In this document: piece after piece, positions 47,182 through 56,060 of the stretch | Position numbering within the stretch: the stretch's first letter is position 1 | Layout of the letters: each line of letters starts with the position of its first letter | IMG/VR virus record: IMGVR_UViG_3300017786_003484 | Span: 124,001-188,000 of that record | Strand: one strand, 5' to 3' | Length of the DNA stretch: 64,000 nt | Program-made: the position numbers and the translations under genes | Notes under the pieces: generated by a model | What the model was told of the DNA's origin: nothing | The model's database searches: none | The model's input: the letters and a program-made list of their open reading frames with translations, nothing else

Positions 47182-47952
47182 ATGCAACATTGGAAACAAA
47201 GTATTAATAAAGAAAATAGGAAAGATGGATTTCTATTTGTACACGGAAAGACAGATGGCCCAAACAATCCAATTTGTGGCTATTCAGATGCAATTGAAGA
47301 GTTCTGCAAAAATAACTTAGTGGACTATAGAGAGTATCCTTGGGGATATTCAGATCCTTATAGTGAAGACTTCTTAGAATCTATGAAATATATTAATGAT
47401 GCAAAGAAGTCCTTAATTGAGCAAGGAGCAACTCATATACATGTTTTAGGACATTCTTTAGGTTGTACTGCTATATTACTTTATGCAACTCAGGTTGTTG
47501 ATATATCAAGTTTAATAATGATGTCACCTGGACATAATGCTCACTTGCCTAGTATTAGAAAAAATGTTGTTTGGTCTATTGCAGAAGCTAATCGTTTAAT
47601 CGAAGAAGGAAACAATGAGCCTGCACATTTTATTGATTTTAACAATGGTATGATTATGCCAATAAAAGCAAGACCCTCAAATTATCTAAGTTACTTCTAT
47701 CACGAAGGTCCGGGTAGTGCTACAAATAGTGCAATTACAATCAAACAGAAGTATGGTAACAACCCTCCTTTTTCTATTATATTAGTCAGCGGAACCGATG
47801 ATATGACACAAGGAACTGTTAAAGGAGGTATATGGGATATACTTCCTAAGAACAAGCAAAGCAAGTATATAGAGAAGATTGGGTACGATCATTTTCAAAC
47901 TGTACCATTTACTCTCGATTATATGCCAGAATTAATGAAATTTGTTAATTAA
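47182..47952 (+). CDS. Alpha/beta hydrolase
   Basis: FVHGK, GHSLG, SGTDD, YDH. Confidence 0.8.
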   Translation: MQHWKQSINKENRKDGFLFVHGKTDGPNNPICGYSDAIEEFCKNNLVDYREYPWGYSDPYSEDFLESMKYINDAKKSLIEQGATHIHVLGHSLGCTAILLYATQVVDISSLIMMSPGHNAHLPSIRKNVVWSIAEANRLIEEGNNEPAHFIDFNNGMIMPIKARPSNYLSYFYHEGPGSATNSAITIKQKYGNNPPFSIILVSGTDDMTQGTVKGGIWDILPKNKQSKYIEKIGYDHFQTVPFTLDYMPELMKFVN

Positions 47953-48020
47953 GTACTAATAAAACCCCTAAAAACAAGCGATCTAACGCCGTATGATATT
48001 GTGCCATAGGTACATTTTCT

Positions 48021-48051
48021 GGTTGACATCTGTTAAATATTTTGCTATAAT
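48021..48051 (+). promoter_or_regulatory. Consensus sigma70 promoter, ATG 9 nt after the -10 box
   Basis: GG-TTGACA-17 nt-TATAAT. Confidence 0.85.
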
Positions 48052-48060
48052 GAAATCATA

Positions 48061-48576
48061 ATGAAAGTAATTAATGTTTTATCAGGACCAGGCGCAGGAA
48101 AATCGACACTAGCGGCTGGGCTTTATTATACAGCAAAGTGTAAGAAATTGCACGTTGAATTAGTCACTGAGGTCGCGAAAGACCTTGTGTGGGAAGGAAG
48201 GGAAAAGGCGTTAAAGAATCAAGCATATGTATTTGGACGTCAAGTACAACGAGTGGATAGAGTTTCACATAATGATCTCGTTATAACTGACAGTCCTTTT
48301 TTACTAAGTGCAACTTATGCTCCTAAAGATTATCCTAAATCTTGGGAGGATGTAGTCGTGCAGATTTGGAAGAAGTATAACAATTATGTAATATTTCTTA
48401 ACCGCGGTCACAAATACGAAAGTGAAGGCCGTCTGCATAATTTCCAAGAGTCGTTGGAGATTGATACGATGATAGTAGACTTGCTGGCGAGGCATGATAT
48501 ACAATACACAAGTGTTGATCATGACTATAGCAATCTAGACGAATTGCTCGAAATTGTTTTACAAAAACGAGCTTAG
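48061..48576 (+). CDS. P-loop kinase/ATPase (NadR-like AAA_28)
   Basis: GPGAGKST, E.AKD, ITDSP, GR. Confidence 0.8.
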   Translation: MKVINVLSGPGAGKSTLAAGLYYTAKCKKLHVELVTEVAKDLVWEGREKALKNQAYVFGRQVQRVDRVSHNDLVITDSPFLLSATYAPKDYPKSWEDVVVQIWKKYNNYVIFLNRGHKYESEGRLHNFQESLEIDTMIVDLLARHDIQYTSVDHDYSNLDELLEIVLQKRA

Positions 48577-48606
48577 TTAACTATTAAGATTGAGATTGAA
48601 AGGGCA

Positions 48607-49473
48607 ATGTTAATGAGACGATTAATTAGACAAACATGTATTATACTTTCCGTAGTTGGATTAATGTTTTTAGTTTTTGCAAACGGAAAAGATTCTACAG
48701 AAGAAGAAACTAAAGTAGTAGAAGCTAAACAAACAACAAGTGTTTGGATAGTAGAGAGAAACAAAGAAACACATACAGAAACATGGACCAGACTGGATAA
48801 ACCAGTATTGTTTGACAGACATATCAAACCTCCAGCAGTTCCTGTAGCAAAAGTAAAGTACACAAAGACATTTGTTGACAACGACGTAAAACAAAATGTC
48901 AGTATTGAAAAGCCAGTAGAAAAACCAGAAGATAAGATTAGACACGAGTCAATTACAAAGACCATTGAATTTTATCTAACCAGATTAGACGAGTTAGGAG
49001 GATCTGCTCGTATAGCATCTGATGAGTTATACTGTATGGCTGAAAACATTTACTATGAAGCAAGAAGCGAACCATTAGAAGGTCAAGTCGCTGTCGCTCT
49101 AGTAACAATGAATAGAGTTAATAGCCCGGATTACCCTAGTACAGTTTGTGGTGTAATCAAGCAAGGGCCAATGGTTGAGTCCTGGAAAACAAGAGGTAAA
49201 GATATTCCGGACGAAGACAGGAAGTACTATCCTAGACGTCATAAATGTCAGTTCAGTTGGTGGTGTGATGGTAAGGCAGAAGGCCGTAAAGTACCTAAAT
49301 ACTGGGACACGGCGCTTGCAATATCTTTAGCAGTAGTTATGGATAAGGCCATTTCAGACTTAACAAATGGAGCAACACATTATCATGCAACTTATGTTAA
49401 TCCAAAATGGGCAAAGAAAGCACTTGTTAAACACCAGATTGGTGAGCATATATTTTATAGACTAAAGGATTAA
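48607..49473 (+). CDS. SleB/Hydrolase_2 cell-wall hydrolase, membrane-anchored
   Basis: CMAENIYYEAR.E, NRV..P.TVC.V, CQFSW, GATHYHA.YV.P.W, IG.HIFY. Confidence 0.92.
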   Translation: MLMRRLIRQTCIILSVVGLMFLVFANGKDSTEEETKVVEAKQTTSVWIVERNKETHTETWTRLDKPVLFDRHIKPPAVPVAKVKYTKTFVDNDVKQNVSIEKPVEKPEDKIRHESITKTIEFYLTRLDELGGSARIASDELYCMAENIYYEARSEPLEGQVAVALVTMNRVNSPDYPSTVCGVIKQGPMVESWKTRGKDIPDEDRKYYPRRHKCQFSWWCDGKAEGRKVPKYWDTALAISLAVVMDKAISDLTNGATHYHATYVNPKWAKKALVKHQIGEHIFYRLKD

Positions 49474-49475
49474 AC

Positions 49476-49829
49476 ATGAAAAGAATATACCCTGCAAAGT
49501 TAGTTGAAGTTAGAGGATCAGATACAGTCGAAGTTGATGTAGATCTAGGCTTTAACATGTTTACAAAGCAAAAGGTACGTTTGTTTGGCGTTAAAACTGC
49601 CGGCAAAGATTCAGAGGTTAGAAAAGTACTTCTAGAGCTATGTGAAGGTGGAATCATTATTGAACCTATCATTACAAAACGAGCAAAATTAGGAAGAATA
49701 CTAGGGTGGGCTTATATACCTACTTCAGATACTGGTGAACCTGGATTAAATATAAACCAAGTTCTAGTAGAAAAAGGTTTAGCAGAAGGATTTTCTGCTC
49801 CTGAAGAGCAATATGAGGCTGAGGAATAA
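49476..49829 (+). CDS. Degenerate SNase-like protein
   Basis: GSDTVEVDVDLGF, VRLFGVKT, LGRILG; catalytic acidic residues lost. Confidence 0.7.
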   Translation: MKRIYPAKLVEVRGSDTVEVDVDLGFNMFTKQKVRLFGVKTAGKDSEVRKVLLELCEGGIIIEPIITKRAKLGRILGWAYIPTSDTGEPGLNINQVLVEKGLAEGFSAPEEQYEAEE

Positions 49830-49831
49830 AT

Positions 49832-50590
49832 TTGTACGAAGAAGGGTTAACATGTCGTAAGGTTGCTTACTTTGATGATTCGATCTTTGACCAATTTAGA
49901 CTTGAGTTATCTGAGTTTAATTGGAACCCAATTGAGTACAAAGGAAAACCTAATTTTAAAAAGCATTTAAGGCCTGACGGAACTTATATGATATACTTTC
50001 CTAACAATGCTGAACGTATTGTTGGGTTTGCAAAAGAAATGAATCCAATATGGGAACCAGTTATGGACTTAACCGGTACCATACTACCAGCTATCCGGCA
50101 TCTATTGTTGTTAACTGGTATTGAAGATCCATATCTAGCTCAGTTAGATTTAGCACATATGCCTCCTGGAGGACGTACTATTTTACATACTGATACTAGA
50201 GTAGTACAACGTTATAGCCGACGTTATAACGTAGCCATTGCAACAAACGATAATTGTTTTCTGTATCATAACAGTTACAATATTGAGGATGGCGGAACAA
50301 GAGATCACATCGCTCTCGGCGAAATGTATGAGTTGAATAATAAGATTCCGCATGATGCCGTAAATGATGGCAATGAATGGCGTACACATTTAGTATTAGA
50401 TGTTATGCCTAAAATGTATTGGGATAGGTTATTAGAATTGCATCCTGATCCGTTTGAAAAAGTACCAAATCCACAAGGGTTAAATACAACATACGATTAT
50501 GACGAGAACAATAATCTAATTAATTTTCCTAGTTTATTTGAGGATAAGGAACATTGCTTTAAAGCGAGGATAGATACACATGATGAATAA
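49832..50590 (+). CDS. AspH-like 2OG-Fe(II) oxygenase
   Basis: LHTD, ELNNKIPHDAVN.G..WRTHLVLD. Confidence 0.8.
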   Translation: MYEEGLTCRKVAYFDDSIFDQFRLELSEFNWNPIEYKGKPNFKKHLRPDGTYMIYFPNNAERIVGFAKEMNPIWEPVMDLTGTILPAIRHLLLLTGIEDPYLAQLDLAHMPPGGRTILHTDTRVVQRYSRRYNVAIATNDNCFLYHNSYNIEDGGTRDHIALGEMYELNNKIPHDAVNDGNEWRTHLVLDVMPKMYWDRLLELHPDPFEKVPNPQGLNTTYDYDENNNLINFPSLFEDKEHCFKARIDTHDE

Positions 50591-52415
50591 AACAAGTATT
50601 AAACATGATGTAGCATTAGGATTTCTAGTTTTAATCACGGCACTTACGATTAGTGCGGTGGCGATTTACTATTCTGTTGCTGGTTTAGCCGCGATATTTG
50701 CGGCCGCAGTTATACCTATTATTATAATGGGTAGCATTTTAGAGGTTGCGAAACTAGTAACGGCAGTATGGCTTCATAGATTTTGGTCTGAAACAATGTG
50801 GTGGTTAAAAGCCTATTTGTCAGCGGCTGTTATAATCTTAATGTTTATAACAAGTATGGGTATTTTTGGATTTTTATCAAAAGCTCACGTTGAACAGACA
50901 AGTGCAAGTACAGAGTCCTTAGCACAAGTAGAACGCATTGATAGCGAACTTGCTAGATTTGAAGATATTATTGTTAAATCTGAGAAAAAGATCAAAACAC
51001 TTGAAACAAGTGGAACAGGAGCAGATCAGAATATACAATCTCAGATTGATAAAGAGCAAAAACGTATTGATACAGCCTACAGTAGAATAGAGCCTGCTAT
51101 TCAAGAACAAAAAGATATAATAAAAGGTCAAACTTCACTTTATACTTCGCAAATAGAAGCACTTGATAAAAGTGTAAACACATTACAGAAATATATTGAC
51201 CAAGGTGAAATTAAAAAAGCACAAGGTATGATTGGTGCTAAAGCAGATGGAGCATTTGGTCCTAAAACTGCTGAAGCATTTAAGGCTTGGCAAGATGCAA
51301 AGAAAATTGAGAGGGCTGAATTAGTTACTAAGGTTGAAACACTTTCTAAAAATAATGACGCTATTAAAGATGCAAGAAAAGAAATTAAACGTCTAAGAAG
51401 AAATGCTGAAATAGAAATTGCTGAATCAAATAAGTTAATTAATAGACTTAGAGCTAATGTAGGTGCAAGCGAAACAGATAAAGCTAATATTGATACTCTT
51501 GTAGACGAACAGATCAAGAGGATTAAAAATGCAAACAACGAAATTGAAATTCTTACTAATAAGAAATATGAAATTGAAGGAGAATATCGTAAGTTAGAAG
51601 CAGAAGTAGGTCCTATCAAATATATTGCTGAATTTATATACGGAGAAGCAGATAAGAATATTTTAGAAGAAGCAGTTCGTTGGGTTATTATGACAATTAT
51701 ATTTGTTTTTGATCCACTTGCAGTTTTACTTCTTATTGCTAGTCAGTATACCTTTGCATGGTCTAGGCAACGTAGAGAAGAGGAAGGAGAGGATCCAAAA
51801 GATCCTACTCCGGACAATACAGACGAAGAACGTTTTGAAGATGTTAGTGATGAAGAACTAAGAAACGAAGAATTGTCTGATGAAGATAAACAACAAAGAG
51901 ACTTTATGTTCCTAGCCAATGCAGGAGCACCGGTTGGTAATGTTTCAAGTTATGTTATAAAGCCTGAAGACATTAAAATTACTATGCCTGAGGCAGTTAC
52001 TGTTGATGAACCAGATTACGTTCCTATTGAAGAGGATTTATTTGACGAACCAGAAGATGAAGGTGAAGATGATCCGTTTGAAGAACTGTTTGCTGAAATT
52101 GATGCTAAAGAAGAAGCAGAAGCCAAAGCCAAGGATGAACCTGCACATGCAGTAACAGAATCTATATATGAAGATCCTGCAGAAGTTGATCAAGAAGTAG
52201 AAACTACTGTAGATCCTCGTATTGAAGATTTGCCAAGAGCACCTCAAGGAACTCCAGAAGAAGTTTGGATAGAGCCTAATGAGGAAACTGTAGGAAACGA
52301 TGAACAAGAGCCTGATGAGATGGATAAAATATATAGTGAGGCACAACAGGAGTCAGCTCGTACAGTACGATCTAAGAGTTGGTTATCTGGAGGCTTTCCT
52401 ACTAAAGAGGAATAA
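50580..52415 (+). CDS. Membrane-anchored coiled-coil protein with a peptidoglycan-binding-like motif and acidic tail
   Basis: 3 N-terminal TM (LEVAK, TSMGIFGFLSKAH), AQ..IG.KADG.FGPKT, EAEVGPIKY, FDPLAV. Confidence 0.7.
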   Translation: MMNKTSIKHDVALGFLVLITALTISAVAIYYSVAGLAAIFAAAVIPIIIMGSILEVAKLVTAVWLHRFWSETMWWLKAYLSAAVIILMFITSMGIFGFLSKAHVEQTSASTESLAQVERIDSELARFEDIIVKSEKKIKTLETSGTGADQNIQSQIDKEQKRIDTAYSRIEPAIQEQKDIIKGQTSLYTSQIEALDKSVNTLQKYIDQGEIKKAQGMIGAKADGAFGPKTAEAFKAWQDAKKIERAELVTKVETLSKNNDAIKDARKEIKRLRRNAEIEIAESNKLINRLRANVGASETDKANIDTLVDEQIKRIKNANNEIEILTNKKYEIEGEYRKLEAEVGPIKYIAEFIYGEADKNILEEAVRWVIMTIIFVFDPLAVLLLIASQYTFAWSRQRREEEGEDPKDPTPDNTDEERFEDVSDEELRNEELSDEDKQQRDFMFLANAGAPVGNVSSYVIKPEDIKITMPEAVTVDEPDYVPIEEDLFDEPEDEGEDDPFEELFAEIDAKEEAEAKAKDEPAHAVTESIYEDPAEVDQEVETTVDPRIEDLPRAPQGTPEEVWIEPNEETVGNDEQEPDEMDKIYSEAQQESARTVRSKSWLSGGFPTKEE

Positions 52416-52847
52416 ATGGCAGTAAAAAAAGATTTATCTGTATACTTGGTGGCGCCGCCTACATTACACCTTCCGCCATCAGGTTTCAGTATCTGTTTAA
52501 TGAGTAACGACGAGTCTTTTCAAACAGAGCTAGTTAACTTATTAGACAAAGGTATTGCAAGAGAGCAACTTACCATCTATCTAAATCCCAATTTTAAATC
52601 AGTAGATCCAAAGTTATGGATATGGTATTGGCATATTATTAATTTTACTGACTTGACTATTATTGATACTAAGAATGTAACAGAGCAAGAACTAAGAATG
52701 TCAATAGCCATAGCAAACACTAAACCTATTATATTTAAAACTGGATATGATGATGAATTAGATACACTTTTTAAAACAATTAGATGTCCAACATACAGTA
52801 CACTTGAACAACTTGACTTTTTCATGGAAGGTATTTTTGGAGAATGA
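52416..52847 (+). CDS. Hypothetical protein
   Basis: GAGGA SD; ATGA overlap with clpX. Confidence 0.65.
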   Translation: MAVKKDLSVYLVAPPTLHLPPSGFSICLMSNDESFQTELVNLLDKGIAREQLTIYLNPNFKSVDPKLWIWYWHIINFTDLTIIDTKNVTEQELRMSIAIANTKPIIFKTGYDDELDTLFKTIRCPTYSTLEQLDFFMEGIFGE

Positions 52848-54112
52848 GTGATAAAAAGAAACAAGATAAGTTAGAATGTAGTTTTTGTGGTAAATCAAGA
52901 GAGCTGGTTACTAGTTTAATTGCCGGAGAGAAAAGTTTTATTTGTAATGAGTGTGTTGATCTTTGTGTTCAGGTTTTAGCAGGAGAAGAAGACCCTAGAG
53001 AACATAGTTTTGATAATGCAACAACTCCTAGCCAAATTAAAGAATACTTAGATAGATTTATTGTTAGTCAGGATAGTGCTAAAATAGCCCTTAGTGTAGA
53101 AGTAAGAAATCATTACAAAAGAGTACACCAGAAAAAGAAAAATATTATTAAAAAAAGTAACGTATTGTTAATTGGTCCTACTGGGTCCGGCAAAACTTTA
53201 TTAGCTCAGAAGTTAGCAGAAAATTTAAATGTTCCTTTTGCCGTTGCAGATGCAACTACTCTAACAGAATCTGGGTATGTAGGTGATGATGTTGAAAATG
53301 TTATTCACAGGTTATTACAAAATGCAAACTATGATATTAGGTTAGCAGAACGTGGTATCATATACATTGATGAAATTGATAAAAAAGGACGTAAAAGCGA
53401 AGGCTCTAGTATCACAAGAGATGTTTCCGGCGAAGGTGTGCAACAAGCATTACTTAAACTTATTGAAGGATCAGAAATACGAGTACCTCCGCAAGGTGGA
53501 AGAAAACATCCTGGTAAAGAAACAATATTGATTAACACTAAGAATATACTGTTTATACTTGGTGGTGCTTTTATTGGATTAGAAGAATCTGTTAATAAAC
53601 GTATACAAGGTAATGGAAGTACTATGGGCTTTGGTGCAAAATTACAAAATAAAGAAAAAAGTACAGATGACTGGCTTAGAAATGTAGAACCAGAAGATTT
53701 TGTTAAGTATGGCATGATTCCAGAGTTTATAGGTCGTATTCCTGTAATTACTGCATTAAAATCATTAGATGTTAACGACCTAGTTCGTATATTAAGTGAG
53801 CCCGAAGATAGTATTATCAAAGAGTTTATTGAGATATTTGATATGGATCATGTAGAACTAGAATTTACCAAAGAAGCACAATACTGGATAGCACAAGAGT
53901 CGGTAAATAAAAAAACAGGTGCAAGAGGTTTAAGAAACATCATCGAAGACCTTTTGAGGGAAGTACAATTTACACTTCCGGAACAAGCCCTAGATGGGCT
54001 TACAAAGGTTATTGTCCAAGCACCTAGAGATGGCAATGATAAACTAGTATTACTATATAGGCAGAGTCCTAAAAGAAAAAATAGTAATGCCACCAAACAA
54101 CAAGAGAGTTAA
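52844..54112 (+). CDS. clpX: Clp protease ATP-binding subunit
   Basis: CSFCGK..ICNEC, GPTGSGKT, GYVG, IDEIDK, RDVSGEGVQQALLK, RKH, MGF loop, GARGLR. Confidence 0.96.
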   Translation: MSDKKKQDKLECSFCGKSRELVTSLIAGEKSFICNECVDLCVQVLAGEEDPREHSFDNATTPSQIKEYLDRFIVSQDSAKIALSVEVRNHYKRVHQKKKNIIKKSNVLLIGPTGSGKTLLAQKLAENLNVPFAVADATTLTESGYVGDDVENVIHRLLQNANYDIRLAERGIIYIDEIDKKGRKSEGSSITRDVSGEGVQQALLKLIEGSEIRVPPQGGRKHPGKETILINTKNILFILGGAFIGLEESVNKRIQGNGSTMGFGAKLQNKEKSTDDWLRNVEPEDFVKYGMIPEFIGRIPVITALKSLDVNDLVRILSEPEDSIIKEFIEIFDMDHVELEFTKEAQYWIAQESVNKKTGARGLRNIIEDLLREVQFTLPEQALDGLTKVIVQAPRDGNDKLVLLYRQSPKRKNSNATKQQES

Positions 54113-54409
54113 ATGGCTTACCAAAAGAAAATGAGACGCGGAAATAAAGAGACTATTGGAAACGGAATTTATGTTGCTGTCAAAGATGGCAATGTAGAAA
54201 AAGCAATTAAACGTTTTAAGAAGAAAGTACAAGAGTCTGGTATTCTAGATGAGTATCGTGCAAAGAAAGAATATGTTAAACCAAGTACAGTAAAAAGGCT
54301 TGCTAAGAATGCCGCAAAAAGGCGTGCTACAAAGCAAAGACTAAAAGATGAAGCTGAGGGTTTAAACGGTTATAATCCAAATACGCCACGTAAAGGCAAA
54401 AAACGGTAA
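54113..54409 (+). CDS. rpsU: Ribosomal protein bS21 with terminal extensions
   Basis: V.V.DGNVEKAIKRFKKK..ESGIL.E.R....YVKPS. Confidence 0.9.
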   Translation: MAYQKKMRRGNKETIGNGIYVAVKDGNVEKAIKRFKKKVQESGILDEYRAKKEYVKPSTVKRLAKNAAKRRATKQRLKDEAEGLNGYNPNTPRKGKKR

Positions 54410-54427
54410 AATAAACCTAAAAAACCA

Positions 54428-54457
54428 CTTGACTTTTAGGTTGAGAATAACTATATT
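54428..54457 (+). promoter_or_regulatory. hsp20 promoter (sigma70- or sigma32-like)
   Basis: CTTGACT-17 nt-TATATT. Confidence 0.55.
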
Positions 54458-54463
54458 ATAGTA

Positions 54464-54555
54464 GTAGGCATTGCTCATGAGAGAATGCTACATTACTCGA
54501 GAAAGTCCATTATGGATTTCTCATTACAATCTTGCTTAATAAAGGAGATAAAATT
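54464..54555 (+). ncRNA. ROSE-like RNA thermometer in the hsp20 5' UTR
   Basis: Three hairpins; in the last, ATCTTGCTT pairs with AAGGAGAT with a bulged G (UUGCU motif). Confidence 0.7.
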
Positions 54556-55002
54556 ATGACAAGAATTACTACACTAGACCTACCATTTTTATTTAAAAGC
54601 GGTATCGGTTTCGACAGAGTTTTTAACCAAATGGAAACTCAATTTGCAAATAGCAAAACCCAAAATTACCCACCATATAATATTATTAGGAATAGTAACG
54701 AAAACTACCTAATCGAAATTGCGGCCGCTGGTTTCCTAAAACCGGATATTGCAATTACTATGGAAAACGGTACATTAACTGTAAATGGTCAACAGACTAA
54801 AGAAGATACTGATGGCGAAGACGAAGCCAATGGTATTGAATATTTGCACAGGGGACTTTCAAGACGTAACTTTGTATTGACATTTAACTTAGCAGAATAT
54901 GTAGAAGTTAAAAGTGCTGATATGAATAACGGAATCTTGAGTATTCACTTAGAGAAAAAGATCCCAGAAGCAATGAAGCCTCAAGTTATTTCTATTAAAT
55001 AA
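54556..55002 (+). CDS. Small heat-shock protein (Hsp20/IbpA family)
   Basis: IGFD, YPPYNI, IEIA.AGF, YLHRGLS.RNF, A.M.NGIL.I.L. Confidence 0.95.
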   Translation: MTRITTLDLPFLFKSGIGFDRVFNQMETQFANSKTQNYPPYNIIRNSNENYLIEIAAAGFLKPDIAITMENGTLTVNGQQTKEDTDGEDEANGIEYLHRGLSRRNFVLTFNLAEYVEVKSADMNNGILSIHLEKKIPEAMKPQVISIK

Positions 55003-55020
55003 CTTAAATGCATAACATGA

Positions 55021-55049
55021 AGAGGGAGGATAACACCTCCCTCTTTTTC
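55021..55049 (+). terminator. Intrinsic terminator
   Basis: AGAGGGAGG-ATAACA-CCTCCCTCT-TTTT. Confidence 0.85.
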
Positions 55050-55051
55050 TT

Positions 55052-55059
55052 TATAAATA
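55052..55059 (+). promoter_or_regulatory. TATAAATA late-type promoter motif
   Basis: Directly after the terminator, upstream of clpS. Confidence 0.5.
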
Positions 55060-55089
55060 TCATTGTAGCAAATGAGAAAGGTTACCTAA

Positions 55090-55407
55090 ATGAATACAAC
55101 AGACACCGCACTTGAAGTAGTAAAGGAAGTTACAGAAGAAGTTTTTTTAAAGGAGCCAGATAGATTTAGAGTGGTTATCTTAAATGATAATACAACTCCA
55201 ATGGAATTTGTTATTGAGCTTTTAGGAGTTATTTTCCATCATTCAAATGAAACGGCTACGGCTATTATGATGCAAATACATGAAAAGGGAAAAGGAACTG
55301 CTGGTGTCTACACGTTTGAAATTGCAGAACAGAAAGCACAAGAAAGTACACAGATTGCAAGAACTAACGGTCACACCCTAGGAGTTACTGTTGAGCTTGA
55401 CAGTTAA
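55090..55407 (+). CDS. clpS: Clp adaptor (N-degron recognin)
   Basis: VVILNDNTTPMEFV..LL..IF, M.IH.KG.G.AG.Y.FEIAE.K. Confidence 0.93.
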   Translation: MNTTDTALEVVKEVTEEVFLKEPDRFRVVILNDNTTPMEFVIELLGVIFHHSNETATAIMMQIHEKGKGTAGVYTFEIAEQKAQESTQIARTNGHTLGVTVELDS

Positions 55408-56056
55408 AAATGTTAAACACTCAAAGATAATTTCATCTAACAATCCAAATCCAGTTTTATTTGTTGATGTAGATGACACCTGCCTAGAGTTACTTGGTGG
55501 CTTAGTAATGTGGCTTAATAAACTAAACCGTTTAAAAGATTATAAGCCCGGAAAAATAATCAAAGATAGAAGCAACCTACATGATTGGTTAAACATACCA
55601 GAGCCCTTAATGAACACATGGAAACATGAGTTCACTACATACTCATGGGAATGGGGAGCATTAAACGGTAGAGCAGATGCTTCTGAGGCTTTTAAAGTTT
55701 TTAGATATTATGGTTGGAGAGTAATTGGAGTTGGACACGGCTCTTCGACAGTTGATAGAGCTATCTTAAGACGTGCTAATTTAGAATTAGTATATCCAGG
55801 TGTATTTGAAGATTATTTTATTGCTCCTGGAGATAAAAGTTTTTCTCCATACATGAGAGATTATGAAGATCCAATATGCATTACTTCTGTTGTAAAATAT
55901 GCCAAAGACATGGTTGATGCTGGACACATTACTTTCTTGTTAAAGCAACCGTGGAATAAAGAGCATAAAGATATTCGCATAAAGTCCTTTAATAATTGGA
56001 AACAGATATGCGATAATATTATGGCTAACCATCACAAAATCATCAAAGATAATTAG
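55391..56056 (+). CDS. HAD-family 5'(3')-nucleotidase-like protein
   Basis: FVDVDDT (DxDxT), G...FL..QPWN, NNW..I. Confidence 0.65.
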   Translation: MSLTVKNVKHSKIISSNNPNPVLFVDVDDTCLELLGGLVMWLNKLNRLKDYKPGKIIKDRSNLHDWLNIPEPLMNTWKHEFTTYSWEWGALNGRADASEAFKVFRYYGWRVIGVGHGSSTVDRAILRRANLELVYPGVFEDYFIAPGDKSFSPYMRDYEDPICITSVVKYAKDMVDAGHITFLLKQPWNKEHKDIRIKSFNNWKQICDNIMANHHKIIKDN

Positions 56057-56060
56057 TAGT

